From the NCBI RefSeq assembly GCF_000143415.4, contig NW_003314314.1, positions 377,771 to 441,770 on the forward strand: a DNA stretch of 64,000 bases, read 5' to 3'. The notes beneath the pieces are model-generated. The model ran no database searches and had not been told where the DNA came from. It saw only the letters and a list, made by a program, of their open reading frames with translations. The position numbers were made by a program, and so were the translations under genes. This DNA comes from Selaginella moellendorffii (taxonomy: Eukaryota > Plantae > Lycopodiophyta). Below are positions 1-14,090 of the stretch, piece after piece. How positions within the stretch are numbered: position 1 is the stretch's first letter; each line of letters opens with the position of its first letter.

Positions 1-1457
1 TTCTAAAACACTTTCTAGTATATTCTTTTTTATTCTACCATCTATTTCTTTGCAATGTCTGAACCTATTTAATAATAAATTGCTACGCATTGAATATAGC
101 AACACTTGGTTTGCTTATTAGTAGTTTTATTATTACTTATTAATCTAATTGATCAAATAAAGTATATAATTATAAGTTTAAGAAAGTTTATAAATTTTAA
201 ACATGTTTATAAATTATAAATACAAGATTAATCTAAATAAATAATAACTGTTAGATGGTAGAATATCCTAGAATACCCAAGCATATTCTAAGTATATTTA
301 CTACCAACAACCAAAAATATTGCCAACAGTTTTCTTTGTTTTGTCTTTAAGATGCTTGATCTTCCTGCTCAAACTTTGCTACTTTGATCTGGATCCACCA
401 ATACAGGGAGCCAAGGGAGCCATTACCGTTGACAAGAATATTTTAAGAATATTCTAGCACACTAAGAATGTTTAAGTTTTAGATCAAGAACAGAAGAACT
501 TGAATAGTGATCTTTGATTTTTTAGTTTCATTCATTTCATTTTATTTGCAAGATACAGAAAAGCGACAGCCTTTGAAGACTTGCATGATGTTAATATGCC
601 TTAAATTTCTGGTCTTCTGCTGCCTCTCCCGGTGCTTCCATGGCTGGGCCGTACTCAATGGATTTGGTGATGGCGGTGGTGCAGTCAGGCACTCGGCAGG
701 CATCGCACTGCAAAGAGAGATCACGTTAGAGCAAGAATTCAGGAGCTAATATATGCACCTCCAGTTGTTCCATATGTTATAGAGCCATTTGACTGCAGAA
801 AGAAAGAAGACTCACTCACTTTTGAGACAAATATTAAGCACTGAGTTAACGCCTACTGAAGACTGTCAAGCCAAAGTTATGGTTCATAAGCGGATCAAAA
901 GGCCTTAGTGCTCCCATTGTATGGAAACAGACTTGACACGAACGAAAGCTTCAAATCGTGAACGCGTTTTTAATGAAAAAAAAAAAAAAAAAACGAAGAG
1001 AGAACTTTGTTTGATCAGCATGGCAACTTCCATCGCAAAGTCAAACTTGCAAACCTATCTTTCACGCAAGCCTCGGATGCTTGCAGAGATTTTATAGGAT
1101 CCAAGAACAGCCGAGGATCTAATAGTAACAAAACCGCTGTGAAACAAATTCCGGGATTTGTCTAGCTCTCCATTAGCAATGGCAAGCTCCGCCTGCCAAA
1201 ACCAAAGAAAGATACAAGAATAACTGCATTGGAACCTTTGGTATGGTCCCATCACGCTTTTCCAAATCCAAACTACATGAGAAAGTAACATAATGTTTTG
1301 ATATGAGTATGGTAGTCGTCGCGTGATCACTTATCGCGGCCACTGCCGATCCATATATCCAGAGCTTCCTTCACATTTGCAAGTTTCTATAATAAGGGTA
1401 GAAAGAAATTGGATGGTCATCGTAGTCTCTTTCCTGTTCGAAGAACGGTTTAAATTA

Positions 1458-1529
1458 AGGTCCCACCGAGATTCGAACTCGGGCTCTTGGATTCAAAGTC
1501 CAATGTCGTAACCACTAGACTATGGAACC
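1458..1529 (-). tRNA. tRNA-Gln(TTG)
   Basis: Reverse complement GGTTCCATAGTCTAGTGGTTACGACATTGGACTTTGAATCCAAGAGCCCGAGTTCGAATCTCGGTGGGACCT (72 nt) folds as a cloverleaf with anticodon TTG and a GTTCGAAT T-loop. Confidence 0.95.
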
Positions 1530-1835
1530 ATTTCTGTTGAGTTAATCGATCGTTACTATGGCTTTAAAAAATATTTACAAACCAAAACCATCGACAAAGT
1601 TGAAGGGAAAATTAAAAAAATTCCGCGACCGTGGTCTGGTCAACGGTACCCACGCGAGATCAGCCCCATGGATGAACATTCGTTTCCGCTAATTACGTTT
1701 GAAAAGATGGCGCAGGACAAAAGAGAGGAATATTCATTAAATTGGACTTCTCATACTTGGCATCTAGCATTGAGCATCTTGACGGTGTTTACAAAACCAG
1801 CGATCTCCTACTAATGCATAAGTGATTTTATAGCT

Positions 1836-2891
1836 ATGGCAGAAGATTTTAGCATTCCTCTCATTGATCTCGCTCCTTTGCACCAGGCGGGAAACGCTCC
1901 CAGAGTCGAAGTTCTAGAGAAAATCTCCAAGGCCTGCGAGGAATGGGGATTCTTCCAGGTGATCAACCATGACCTGGATTTGAAGCTCTTGTCTTCTCTC
2001 TTCCAGAAGAAGAGAAAACCAAGATGGAAACCAGCCATCCACCCGTGGGATATGTAAACAAGAGCGGTGTTGGTGGAATGGTTGATAGAAAAGAGCACTT
2101 CTTTGCGCACGTAAGTGACAATCCAGCTTCCAAGAACGTCTGGCCTGAGAATCCATCGACTTTCAGGTATGAGAACGTCTTAGGAAGTTGATTGATTGAT
2201 TTGCATGTTTTCTGTGTTGATGGTTTCTCTCCTTGAAGGCCAACAGCCGAGAACTTGATTCTGGAAGCACGGAAAACTGCAAGTTTTCTCGTGAAGATCA
2301 TGAGCGAGAGCCTGGGCCTTCCCAACGAGCAACGTCTGGAGAACTTGTACAAAGCCGGCGATGCTCTGATCATGCTGAAGTACCCAGCATGTCCAGAGGG
2401 ATACGAAGGCCCGGTTCTTGCCAAGCACCGAGATGGAGATATTCTCACCATCGTCGCCCAGCTCAACAATGCCCAAGGCCTCGAAGTTTTACACGAGAAA
2501 GACCAGCAAGAGATCTGGGTTCCTGTAAAACCAGTGGAAAATGCCCTGGTTATCAACGTTGGTGATGTTCTCCAGGTAAAATCTTTGGTTATTTCTATCG
2601 ATCTAAGCTAGTGTTTTTATTTGCCATGGTGTTTATAAGGTGTGGAGCAATGGGCGATACAAGAGTGTTTTGCATAGAGTGTCCGGCTCACAAATGGATC
2701 GCTACTCCTTTGCTTACTTCCATATGCCAGTGCCAACCACGCAAATCTCCCCTCTAGACGCTTTCACTGCGCACGAAATACCGAAGTACAGACCTTTCAT
2801 GCATGGTGAATACCTCCAATTACGCTACGAAAACAAAAAGCTCGACTCCAAGAATGCCAAAGAAATCACAATAGATTACTATGCAATGTAA
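1836..2891 (+). pseudogene. 2-oxoglutarate/Fe(II)-dependent dioxygenase (DOXC type), frameshifted in exon 1
   Basis: Motifs IPLIDL, ACEEWGFFQVINH, HxD (HRD), NVGDVLQ|VWSNGRYKSVLHRV and RxS (RYS). Introns at about 2167-2238 and 2576-2639. Exon 1 changes frame near 1990 (LKLL then FSLPEEEK in another frame) and the first frame stops at 2057. Confidence 0.8.
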
Positions 2892-3034
2892 ACGAGCTTA
2901 CATCAAACAAAATAAAAACCCATCTCTTTCCGCAAAGATGTCGAGTTTTCAAGGCGAAAAAAAGCTCTTTTTTTTCCTTTTTAACATTTTTACAGCAGCT
3001 CCACCCTCGTTATTACAAGCCTTCGTCCTGGGAA

Positions 3035-5260
3035 TCAAATCTTTCGCTGGACCATTCGCCGGCTTCGCGTCGATCGTATCACTGGGAGCTTCAAAGTTTG
3101 GCCCGGCTGTGCCGCCAATTCTCGCACCCGAGCTAAAATGTGAGCGGGAATCGACACCGAGAAATGTTTTCTCCGCTTCTCACCTTGCTCGGACACCTGT
3201 GAGAAGAAAAAAAAAAAGAGAAGACATTTATGTACCACTATAGCTTGTGAAAGATATCACATACCTGACGCGAAGAATGTGAATGTACTCGACTGGCTCG
3301 TAATAAGTTTCGCCACTTGTCCTGCACTAGTTCGATCAGGAAACACTCAACCATCTAAACTAGAGAATTTGGGATGGTTTTCTACCTTCAAGTCAACTGG
3401 AGTTCGATAAGCGATGGCAGAGAACGCAAGTCTCTTGATGTCGGCCCACTTTCCAGTGCCACAGCGAGAAACTCCGTCCACCAAAGCCATTACTTCCCGC
3501 AGCGTCCAGGGTCTATGGTGCTTCCTACGCGATCCCGACTTTCGATCTGTGTCCTGGTCCTCAGTGTCAGATGGCTGCAATTCGTCTGACACAGAAGGAA
3601 GCATGCACGAGACTTGATCCGCGGACTCGTCATTAGGCTCGTAGTTTTCGTCCTGCGAGACAGTGTTGAGTTGAAACACAACTAATGAGAAAAACTTACA
3701 TTGTCCTGGCCGGGAGCAGATGGAAGCTTGAACTTGATTTTCCTGATGCTAGTGTTCGCGTCGCGTTTAGCCGCCCTTGCATTTCGAGCCATTTTTACAA
3801 GCTGCGCTGCTCGTCGCTCGGCCTTCAGCTCCTACAACAACAAAACGTGAGCCGGAGAAGCACGCAAAAGTTACCAGAACACTTACACCCATGCGATTGC
3901 GACTCCGGGCTCCGAAAGAACCTTCCGGTGACATCGAGTCGAGCTCTCTGCCATTCAGATCAAAGGACTCGTCCAGGTCGTCGCCATCAACATCTGGATC
4001 ATCGGGATCACCATCTTCACCATCTGACTTCCAAAAGTCCACTTGCAGCTGCTGTTGTTGATCCTCGGGGCTGCTCATCGATGGAACAAATGACGCAACA
4101 TCATCAGCTTCTTCTTCCACATATCTCCTGTTTGGCTTCCGGTGCCTCTTTCCTTCCAAACTCTGGACTTCGTTGAGATGGGACTGCCCGTCGCTAGGCC
4201 TGCTCACCACTGTGGTTGTCGAGGCGTCTAAGGAAATGGTTGGCGAGGTACCTAATACCACCGGCTTGACGTCCTCCTCCTGCTTTTCCATGCCAAAAGG
4301 CTGCTCCGCGGAAGTCTCGCCTTCAAGGCGTTCTTTCAACAAATTTTCCTGTGCCTGTGCAGCCACCACCACTGCCTGTGCCGAGCTCTCGTTCATAGAA
4401 TTCAGGCCTTTGGTGATTTTCTGCTTCAGCCAGTGCTTGTCTTTAGCCGAAGTCACCCGACCAAACGTGTTCCTGTAAGTGTCTTGCAGTGCCCTGATAG
4501 AAAGGTTGTCTAGAAAAAGCTTGGGTGGAGTATAAGAAGCATCGAATTGAGGAGTAATAGTACCGGGTGTAGAGCTGCTGCAGATAGGCTCTTCTTCCAT
4601 CAGTTTCAATGGCTCAACCTTGACTTGGGCCACCATTTGGTCAGAAGGAGGAAGCTCGCCGGTGCAGTCGAAGGCGTTTATGTTGAAGTATTTTGGATTA
4701 GGCCGACGCCGTCTCTTGTACGTGAACTTCGCACCATTATAGCCGGAACTCTCTAAAGCTCTTTGATCTTCCTCCGTCTTGACTTTCAAGAGCATAGTAT
4801 CTACAACCTACAGTCAACCATCAGGTGGTGAAACGCGTGGTAAAGATAACGAGAGGCATACCTCTAGCTGCTTGAGCAATCTCAACTTCACGTCTTCCAA
4901 GTCTTCCTCCATGGGTCCTGGACGAAGCAATTCTTGAATAGGAAGAGAAAGAAACAAAGACAAAGTTAAAAGGAACTTACGTGCATCGTCTTTCTCATCG
5001 TCTTGATCGGTATGATCGTCCTCAGAACTCTCGCCTTGAATCAGTGATTCAACTTCCATGAGATCCTCATCGGTAGTAGGAAACATCATCCCATTCTCGT
5101 CAATCTGTTGGTAAAAAAAAAAAAAAAGAAAACGAAGACTTAGAACAAAAAAAAAAAGAAAGAAAAAACAAAGAAGAACTCTTACCCGGACAAGAGTGTA
5201 CATGATGCGCTCGTCTTTCTCAAGAGGGATTTCCACCTCCTCATTCTTCACAGCCAGCAT
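3035..5260 (-). CDS. TRF-like (telobox MYB) protein, TRFL3/TRFL6-like, multi-exon
   Basis: C-terminal RRKHHRPWTLREVMALVDGVSRCGTGKWADIKRLAF..YRTPVDLK|DKWRNLLRAS. Also N-terminal YTLVR..PTTDEDLMEV and central LDNLSIRALQDTYRNTFGR..KDKHWLK blocks. Start codon approximate. Confidence 0.85.
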
Positions 5261-5795
5261 TTTTTTCCCAGCAGGAACAAAAAAGAAAGAAAAATAAATC
5301 CGCGCAGCGCTCTGCCAGCAAAAGAAATAGCCTAAGATCGATCCGGAGCTGCGAAGAATGCAGATCGGCACACCTAGAGCCCAGAAACCGAGCGATTCCT
5401 AAAGAAACCTATCCTGACCTGATCAAGCGCCGTCAAGATGCCGCGGGGCGCCGCTCGAATCGCCCCTCCCCAGCTCGAAAATCACGCCTCGACCGCCATA
5501 GCCAGCGCCATCGCCATCGGCCCCCCTTTTTTCCTTCCTCCTAATAAAGCCCCGCCCTTCGAGAGCTCAAAGATCGCCCTCCTCCGCCATAGCCAAAAGC
5601 TTTCTATGTGGAGGTGAGAAGGAAAAAAAAGAGAGAACGCCTCCACTACTGTAGCAACAAATGAGGTAAAAAAAAAATCCCAATTACTCGATTCCTGAGG
5701 TAAATAGCGATTCGCGTGACGCGTCCGTACGGCCCCAGGGTGTACGGGCGGTGATTAAAAATAAACGGCCGCAAATACGACACGTGGGCTCATTG

Positions 5796-5824
<29 letters not shown>
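5796..5824. repeat. (CT)n microsatellite
   Basis: Direct CT run between the polygalacturonase stop and the TRFL 5' region. Confidence 0.9.
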
Positions 5825-5827
<3 letters not shown>

Positions 5828-5829
5828 TT

Positions 5830-7655
5830 TCAAATGGAGGAAGACGAGCGTTCTTCTTCGTTTTCCTCGTCGCCAAAGCAGCCCTGGGGAGAATTCTCGC
5901 CCAGCGCGATCCCCTGTGCGTTCTCGCAAAAGGAGCTCACGCTACTCTTCGCTTTGACGCTGGTGAGATTCACGTCCATGAGCACGATTCCATGGCAGGA
6001 GACTGAATCGCTGCACGCGAATCTCACTGCCACCGCCGTGGACGACGTCCCTGTGATGTTTCGGTAGACAATTCCACTCACTTCCACGCCAGAGGTCTGT
6101 AAAAGAAGTTGGAAGTGAGATAGAACTAGAACTAGATCTAGAACTAGAAAACAGTAACAGCTTCTATCACCTGATTAAGACAGGGAACGGACGAGTCGCA
6201 GTAGTACTGATCGATGATAATGGGATTTGCGACGCCGATCATTCTCACGTTTTGGTACAGGACTCCATACACTTTGCCATGGCCTCCCTGTGATCAACAT
6301 CGAAAGCTAAGCGATGAAAAAGATGGTGCTTGTGATTAAAGCGGGAGTTACCTGCCAGGACTTGATTCTTAAGCCGTTTGTTGTTCCATTTAAGACGGCC
6401 CCGTCTACTACAACAGCACGAACATTCCCAGCCGAGCCATCTTTTCCGAGGCTTCCAATGCTGCATCGAGAAAAAAACGAGTAAGAGAAGGGACAATGTT
6501 ATACCAGCAGCAAGAACAGCTCGTTACCTTATTCCGTGACCAGGACCGCAGTAGACATTCTTGATGTGAATTCTCGAGCTTCCGGTTTGGATCGAAATGC
6601 AGTCATCACCTGGACTCTAGATGCTCAGTGAAAACAACTCTAGCTGGAAATATACGCGAGAACTACTGAACCTGTGGCAATCACGCAATCTTGGATGAAT
6701 CCGCTTTGCACGTCGTGGAGGTGGATGCCATCTGTGTTCGGGCTTTTCTGCGGTGCGCTGATGTTCAGCCCGATTGCCCGGATGTTTACTCCAGTGTCAA
6801 AAACCAGATGCATTTGCTGGCTGTTGACGAAATGCAGATTCCGGACGGTGGTACTATTGCAGCTTTTGATTGTAAGTGCCTGACCAGCAAAACCGTCAGT
6901 ACTCGAGCATCCAGAAAAGAAAAAAAAAGTTTTTACCTCCGGTGCGGGGTGGCAGGGCTGAAGACAACGACGAAGAGCCAGGTTAAATACGAGCAAGTTG
7001 AGAAAAACCAATGAAAAACTACTCACGTTGGAATGATTGCGTTTGCAAGACTGCTCCCACCACGATTCTCCTTGCCCGTCAATTGTTCCAGTTCCTTCCA
7101 AAGTGAAGCCATCCAGATGCTGAAACCGCAGCCACTGACGGCGATTTGTGCTGTTCCAGTCGAAAAATCCAGGGGCAACTAGAACACCATCCAGCTGAGA
7201 GATTAAAACATTAGCTTCGAGAGAAACAATTGAGAAAATAACGTTCAGAACCTGCACTTTCATTCCCAAACCACAAGGACCCGGAAAAACGGTAGGCTGG
7301 AGCAAATAAGTCCCGTTTTCGGGTATGACCATCACCGAGTAGTTTGATTCGCAAGCGGCTGACCAGGCTGCCAAAAATGCCTACAGGAAGAGTGGATGAA
7401 TTAGAAAAAGAAACGAGAAAATATAAAAGACAACTCGACTTACTGGCGAGCCTGGAGTTCTCTTACCTCAGAATCATCCGAGACGCCATCAGAAAGTGCG
7501 CCATAATCCAGCACGTTGTAGAAGGTATAGTTGATTCTCCGCGGAGGATGAGGACGAGGACGCAAAATGTTCCACTGTTCTAGCTCTGCGCATCTGCTCA
7601 ATGTCCAAAACAGTATTATCATGAGCAAAGAAAGAGAAAGCCTGGCCATGCTCAT
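5830..7655 (-). CDS. polygalacturonase (glycoside hydrolase family 28), multi-exon
   Basis: Signal peptide, [23 protein letters not shown], and catalytic motifs NTDG, GDDC, GPGHGISIGSLG and RIKSW across exons. Confidence 0.92.
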
Positions 7656-8248
7656 GCTCGCAAACAGACTGTAATAGTTTCTCCTGTTTTCAATCCAGAA
7701 ACAAACGAGTCATCACAACAGCGACTCGAGTTTCACAATCACACAAATGCTCGCAACAAGACAAGCTACAAAATGGCGACGAAAAGACGAGCTATATGCA
7801 TAATGGATGGAAGAGTATGGCTGAATGGATGGAGGAGGGTAGCAGTCAGTTCGAGCGGTCGATGGACGGCACGCAAGCCAATGCTGGGACGGCAAGAATC
7901 TGCACGTATGCATGAAACTCTTGTAAGAAGAGAAGAAATACTTACGCGGGTTTTGAGGGTCCACTTTAACAAACACCTGCGAGACGAAAGACTTTCAGAG
8001 CTCCAGTATCATAGAAATGAAGCAGATGTACCTTGCGAACGAAGCATAGCTCGCTGCAATGCGATTCCAGCAAGCACATAGCATTCACATGAATCGTCAA
8101 CTCCAAGGCTGTATATGCACGTCAAGATCATAAACCCGCCACACAACTCTATTTTGCTTGCACTATATGCACGCCTGTGATGATTGCGAATTCATACCAT
8201 CTTTTCGAACATTCTCAAGCCTTTCACTCGTGCACCACGCAAACACCT

Positions 8249-10104
8249 TCAAAGCCTGGAGCGAGAACGAGCGATGAGTTCTCTTCTCAAGAGCTTTCCC
8301 GTGGCAGACTTTGGTATGGCGTCCAGGAATCGCACTTGTCTGACTCTCTTGTAGGGAGCGACCTGTGCGAAGCAATCTTAGAAACGCATTCTGGTTTTTT
8401 GGCCAAACCTGTTTCGAAACAAAATCCACAACTTCCGCTTCGGAGAGAGTGGAATGAGGTACACGAACGACATAAGCAAGGGGGACCTCGCCTGCCTCTT
8501 CGTTTGGAAATCTGCAACAGCAATAAATACACCAGTTGAGTGAACAGCTACGTGTGCGTTACTTACGGAACAACAGTGCAGTCTTGGATCGCAGGATGAC
8601 TCAAAAGCAATGCCTCCAGTTCAGCAGGCGCCACCTACACTCAAGATTTTTTTGTAGTTCACAACGCGTCATCGAGCGGAAATACCTGAAAGCCCTTGTA
8701 CTTGATCAACTCTTTGAGCCTATCCATGACAAACATGTTTCCATCCGTGTCAAGGAGGACAAGGTCCCCAGTATGCAGCCATCCATCCTTGTCAATGGTC
8801 TCGGAAGTTGCTTTGGGATTGTTAAGATATCCTACTCACAGCCAACCAGTGCTTGTTAGATCCAAAAGTTAGAAACGAGAAAGCGAGAAAGGAGACGAGG
8901 AACTCACCTTCCATGATGCAACGACCGCGTAAACACAGTTCACCTTGCGAACCAGGAGGGAGAGTTCGACCAGTGCCTACCTCCACAACTTTCGCTTCAA
9001 AACCCGGCATGATCTTCCCAGCCGAGCCGACCACAGTATCTTTGGAAGCTCCAAATCCCACTCCCGTCGTCTCCGTCATGCCATAAGCCTGCCACCAAAG
9101 TTGTCGAAAGAACAAAACCAAAAACAAAAAAGAGCTGTAAGAACCATGAAAACGAGGAAAAACTCGAAGAATACCTGTGGAAATCGAGCCACCTGTGGAT
9201 ACAAGCGAAGAAAAGCCTCGTGAGTCTCTCTCCCGAGGGGCGCGGCACCACACACCACGCGCGAGAGAGAGCTCAGGTCATACCTCTTGCTCGAGCTATG
9301 GTGCTTGATAAACGCAATGATCATTGGAGGGACCGCGGTCATTTGCGTCACCTTGTAGCGCTCGATGGTCTCGAAGATCTCCAGGAGCTCAAACTTTGCG
9401 ACCACCACCATCGTTGTTCCACTGTAGATCGTGGCCAGTACCCCATAGATCAGTCCAGCGATGTGAAAGAATGGAAGCATTCCGAGCGAGACCTCGTCCT
9501 CCGGCACTGGCTCCTTTCGAGCGGTGTAGAGCGTTTCCATGGCCGCGACCAAGTTTCCATGCGATAGAATCACTCCTTTGCTCACGCCAGTCGTCCCGGA
9601 GGAGTAGAGCAATGCCGCTGGACTGAGCTTCTTCTTCGCTGGCAAATTCATGGCGCTGGAATTCCCATCGTCCAGCAAATCCTCGTAGGAGACATGGCTG
9701 AGAGGAAATCCCGGCTTCCCGACGAGGAGCATCGGCAATCGCAGCTCCTGGATCTTGGAAGCCAAGCTCCCGGACGAGAAGACGAACCTGGCACGAGAAT
9801 CCGCGACCTGGCGCTGGATGTCCTTGACAGTATTCTGCGGATTCGCCGTCGTCACAGTCGCGCCGAGCGCCAAGACGCCGAGGAAGAGCACCACGAACTC
9901 GATGCTGTTGCCCAGGACGATCAGCACGACATCGCCAGGGCAAATCCCGAGCGATACCATGCCTGAGGCGGCCACGGCGACGCTGCGCCTCAGATCACCG
10001 TAAGAGATCCTCTGGTTCGTTTTGGAATCAATGAATGCGATCTTGTGTGGGGAGACCCTGCCCCATAGAACTTGTAGAAGAGAGACCGCGTTACTGTCCG
10101 CCAT
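8249..10104 (-). CDS. 4-coumarate:CoA ligase-like acyl-activating enzyme, peroxisomal (C-terminal SRL)
   Basis: AMP-binding [40 protein letters not shown]|[21 protein letters not shown]. Ends ...RSRSRL* (PTS1). Confidence 0.92.
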
Positions 10105-10141
10105 AGCCGTGCTTGAAAGAATTAGGGTTCTTAGTTTTTGG

Positions 10142-11536
<1,395 letters not shown>

Positions 11537-11653
11537 AGCGAGGTAACCAAAAAAACTCTCTTTACTTTCTCGAAACAAAATCCCATCCTAGATGAGACTT
11601 ACTGATAACAGCATTGAGTTCTTGACTTAAGGAAACAGATGGAACCATGAAGT

Positions 11654-12022
11654 CTAGAGCTTGAGCTTCGCTTTGCCGGGTTTGAAGCAACGACAGATGG
11701 GTGGAATAGATCTGGTGCAGAGGCTGCAGCTTCCACCGTTCAGGCAGTCCGCATCCGAGCAACACTGTGATGCGGCGCTGCATCTTTTCGGATTCGGGGC
11801 GTCACAGAAGCAAGTTGGAGGAAAGCTTCGGGTGCAACGTCCACAAAACTGGCCTGCCTTGCTGCATCGCTTGGAGCCGGGGCAGCACTGGGAGTTTGGC
11901 CTGCACACCATGGCCTGGAGATTGGCAGCAGAGACTAGATCATCGCGTTGCTCATCACCAGCAAGAGCGGCTGCAAGGCAAGAGAGAGCAAGCAAGAGCA
12001 AAACACTACGAAGTTTATCCAT
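11654..12022 (-). CDS. secreted double-headed Bowman-Birk protease inhibitor-like protein (122 aa)
   Basis: Signal peptide followed by a Cys-rich mature part with two canonical 9-residue BBI loops, CTRSFPPTC and CTRSIPPIC (P1 Arg, predicted anti-trypsin). Confidence 0.9.
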   Translation of the reverse strand: MDKLRSVLLLLALSCLAAALAGDEQRDDLVSAANLQAMVCRPNSQCCPGSKRCSKAGQFCGRCTRSFPPTCFCDAPNPKRCSAASQCCSDADCLNGGSCSLCTRSIPPICRCFKPGKAKLKL

Positions 12023-12460
12023 AGTTGCCGTGGAGGAGATAGTTGGCCATTATATTCTCGGTGCATCCCACGATTTCCACGCATGACATATTCTTTAAAG
12101 TTATTTCTCTTAGTAAATCTATTGGATTTTGACCTCAGCCACTTCAGTAGTGATAGATCTATTGCTATTCTCAGGTTCAGGATTATGTCCACTGACATTC
12201 ATTGCACCATCCACTGACCATTCCATGGAAAGGTATGCTTCTAGATCCAGATAAATAAAAGCATATTTTAGAATGATTAAGTATATTGCTAAGATTTGGA
12301 TAGATATCATAAACCCATTTACTTTAAAATTCAAAAGAAAAAGTATGAACAACTTTATTTATTGCCCACTCTTTATGAATTATGAAACACATATGCCTTT
12401 TCTAATACACTAATGTTTATAGTACATAAAAAGCACTCATTATTTACTTTCTTTATTTGT

Positions 12461-13390
12461 TTACTTTGGAATTTTCCAGATACAGGTGAAGTTTTCAATA
12501 TTGCAAGATGCAACAAAACCTTCATTTTCAACACAAACAGCCATTAGTTGAAATGACTTTTTATAAAAACCATTTGACCATAAAGCTTTTAAATTATCAT
12601 TGTAAAGAACAAGATTTCCATCTACCTGCATCCTAAGAAAACAATTTTTACCTTGATTTTGTGTATTTGTAGACCATATAATTGTTTTTCCTTTATAAAA
12701 TACTAAATTGCAATCTAATTGCATATATAACATAAATATCATATTTGGAGATATAATAAATTCCCCAGTTTTTAAATTAGCAAAATAAGAAGTATCTTCT
12801 GAGCTTCGGATACAAGTTTTTCGCCATTCACAATCACCTCCTTCATTTTCATAATTTATATGTTGTTCGAATGAAATATTCAAGAGATTATTCCTAAAAT
12901 TTAGTTCATATATTTTATACTTTTTAAGAACTATATTTAAGATAGTAGAACTTGGTTTTGTATATGTGTACATTATACTAAATCTGCCAACAATATATTC
13001 ACTTAAACCCCATTTTAAAATTTGACTATCAGCTTTTATAACCTCTCTAAGTATTCTATAGAATATATATTTTAATGATAAACCTGGTCTTGGAGTACCA
13101 TAGCTAGGGAATAAGCTACACATTGGTATGTAATACCAAGGAACTGGACGATCTAAAGATGTTATTATTACAGTAACTCCAGTGATGATATCAGCAAATC
13201 TACGTTCAAACACTGGATAATAAGGAGTTTCATCTCCAATCATTTTTATAGCTTCCAGTATAGCAGAAAAGATGAAATAACGCACTTCATCAGGAAGAGG
13301 AACAACCTGTTCATGATCTCGCTTGATCTCGAGTGAAATACATGTATTAAACAAAATACAAGTAATCAAAACTAACACTATTAAAGACAT
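12461..13390 (-). CDS. secreted protein with C-terminal bulb-type (GNA-like) mannose-binding lectin domain and unrecognised N-terminal domain
   Basis: Intact intronless 309-aa ORF with a signal peptide and two QxDxNxVxY-type sites (QLDCNLVFY, QVDGNLVLY), each followed by WS motifs. Confidence 0.75.
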   Translation of the reverse strand: MSLIVLVLITCILFNTCISLEIKRDHEQVVPLPDEVRYFIFSAILEAIKMIGDETPYYPVFERRFADIITGVTVIITSLDRPVPWYYIPMCSLFPSYGTPRPGLSLKYIFYRILREVIKADSQILKWGLSEYIVGRFSIMYTYTKPSSTILNIVLKKYKIYELNFRNNLLNISFEQHINYENEGGDCEWRKTCIRSSEDTSYFANLKTGEFIISPNMIFMLYMQLDCNLVFYKGKTIIWSTNTQNQGKNCFLRMQVDGNLVLYNDNLKALWSNGFYKKSFQLMAVCVENEGFVASCNIENFTCIWKIPK

Positions 13391-13639
13391 TTCATTTTAT
13401 CTTTTACTCCTTTAATCTTGTTACAGAATTAAAGGACAAGTGAACAAACCTTGCATACTGATGATTTGGATTCTACTTTATTATTTTCATCTATTTTGTT
13501 TACATATATACAAGATATCCATAAGGCATTTAGCATATGTCAAAAAACAAAAAATGTTATTTTCTATAGAGACAATGCCGTGGCGGAAAAAGATGCAAAA
13601 CAGATATTAATAATACTTACAATATGAATCCACCATTAT

Positions 13640-14090
13640 GTCTGTTTTGCAAGCAAAGATATGGTCATACATGGTAGAGACCAGAGTCAGTTATTTTGCA
13701 AGAGCGATGCGGTCAAACGTGGTCAGGCAGAAGGATCAGCCCAAGTCCCTCACACAAGGAAAGAAACAACCATTGGTATTGATCTAATCTTAGGTGAATA
13801 TTGACTATGCAGCAAAGGGCCATGACGAGCTGCTTGGCCACCAGCAAAAACTGAACAAACTTATAGCAGTTAAGTACAAGGTCTTTGTATGAGATCCTCA
13901 TGAACCATAAAACACCATAAGTTGGCCATCCCTTCATGGTAGTTATCACCTTCATTGTTTATCTAAAAATAGTGTCAATTATCCAAATAGCAACAGCTGG
14001 TTGTTTGCCTGTCTTTGCCATGTCCGTTTTGCAAGCCCAGATGCGGTCAAACACGGTCAGAGAAACAGGGTCAACTAAGGTCAAAAGACA
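13640..14090. promoter_or_regulatory. three imperfect ~50-bp direct repeats with a W-box cluster between the lectin gene and HMA gene 1
   Basis: Repeats of TTTTGCAAG..GATGCGGTCAAAC..GGTCAG near 13645, 13694 and 14027. W-box cores (TTGACY/RGTCAA) at 13711, 13801, 14045, 14069 and 14079. Confidence 0.5.

Noticed and set aside
398-420. ATACAGGGAGCCA resembles part of the miR160 complement
   Set aside because: Only about 13 nt match, with no ARF coding context and no evident precursor hairpin.
590-1330. Possible small multi-exon gene on the minus strand (last exon CDACRVPDCTTAITK..)
   Set aside because: Could not assemble a consistent frame or recognise a family.
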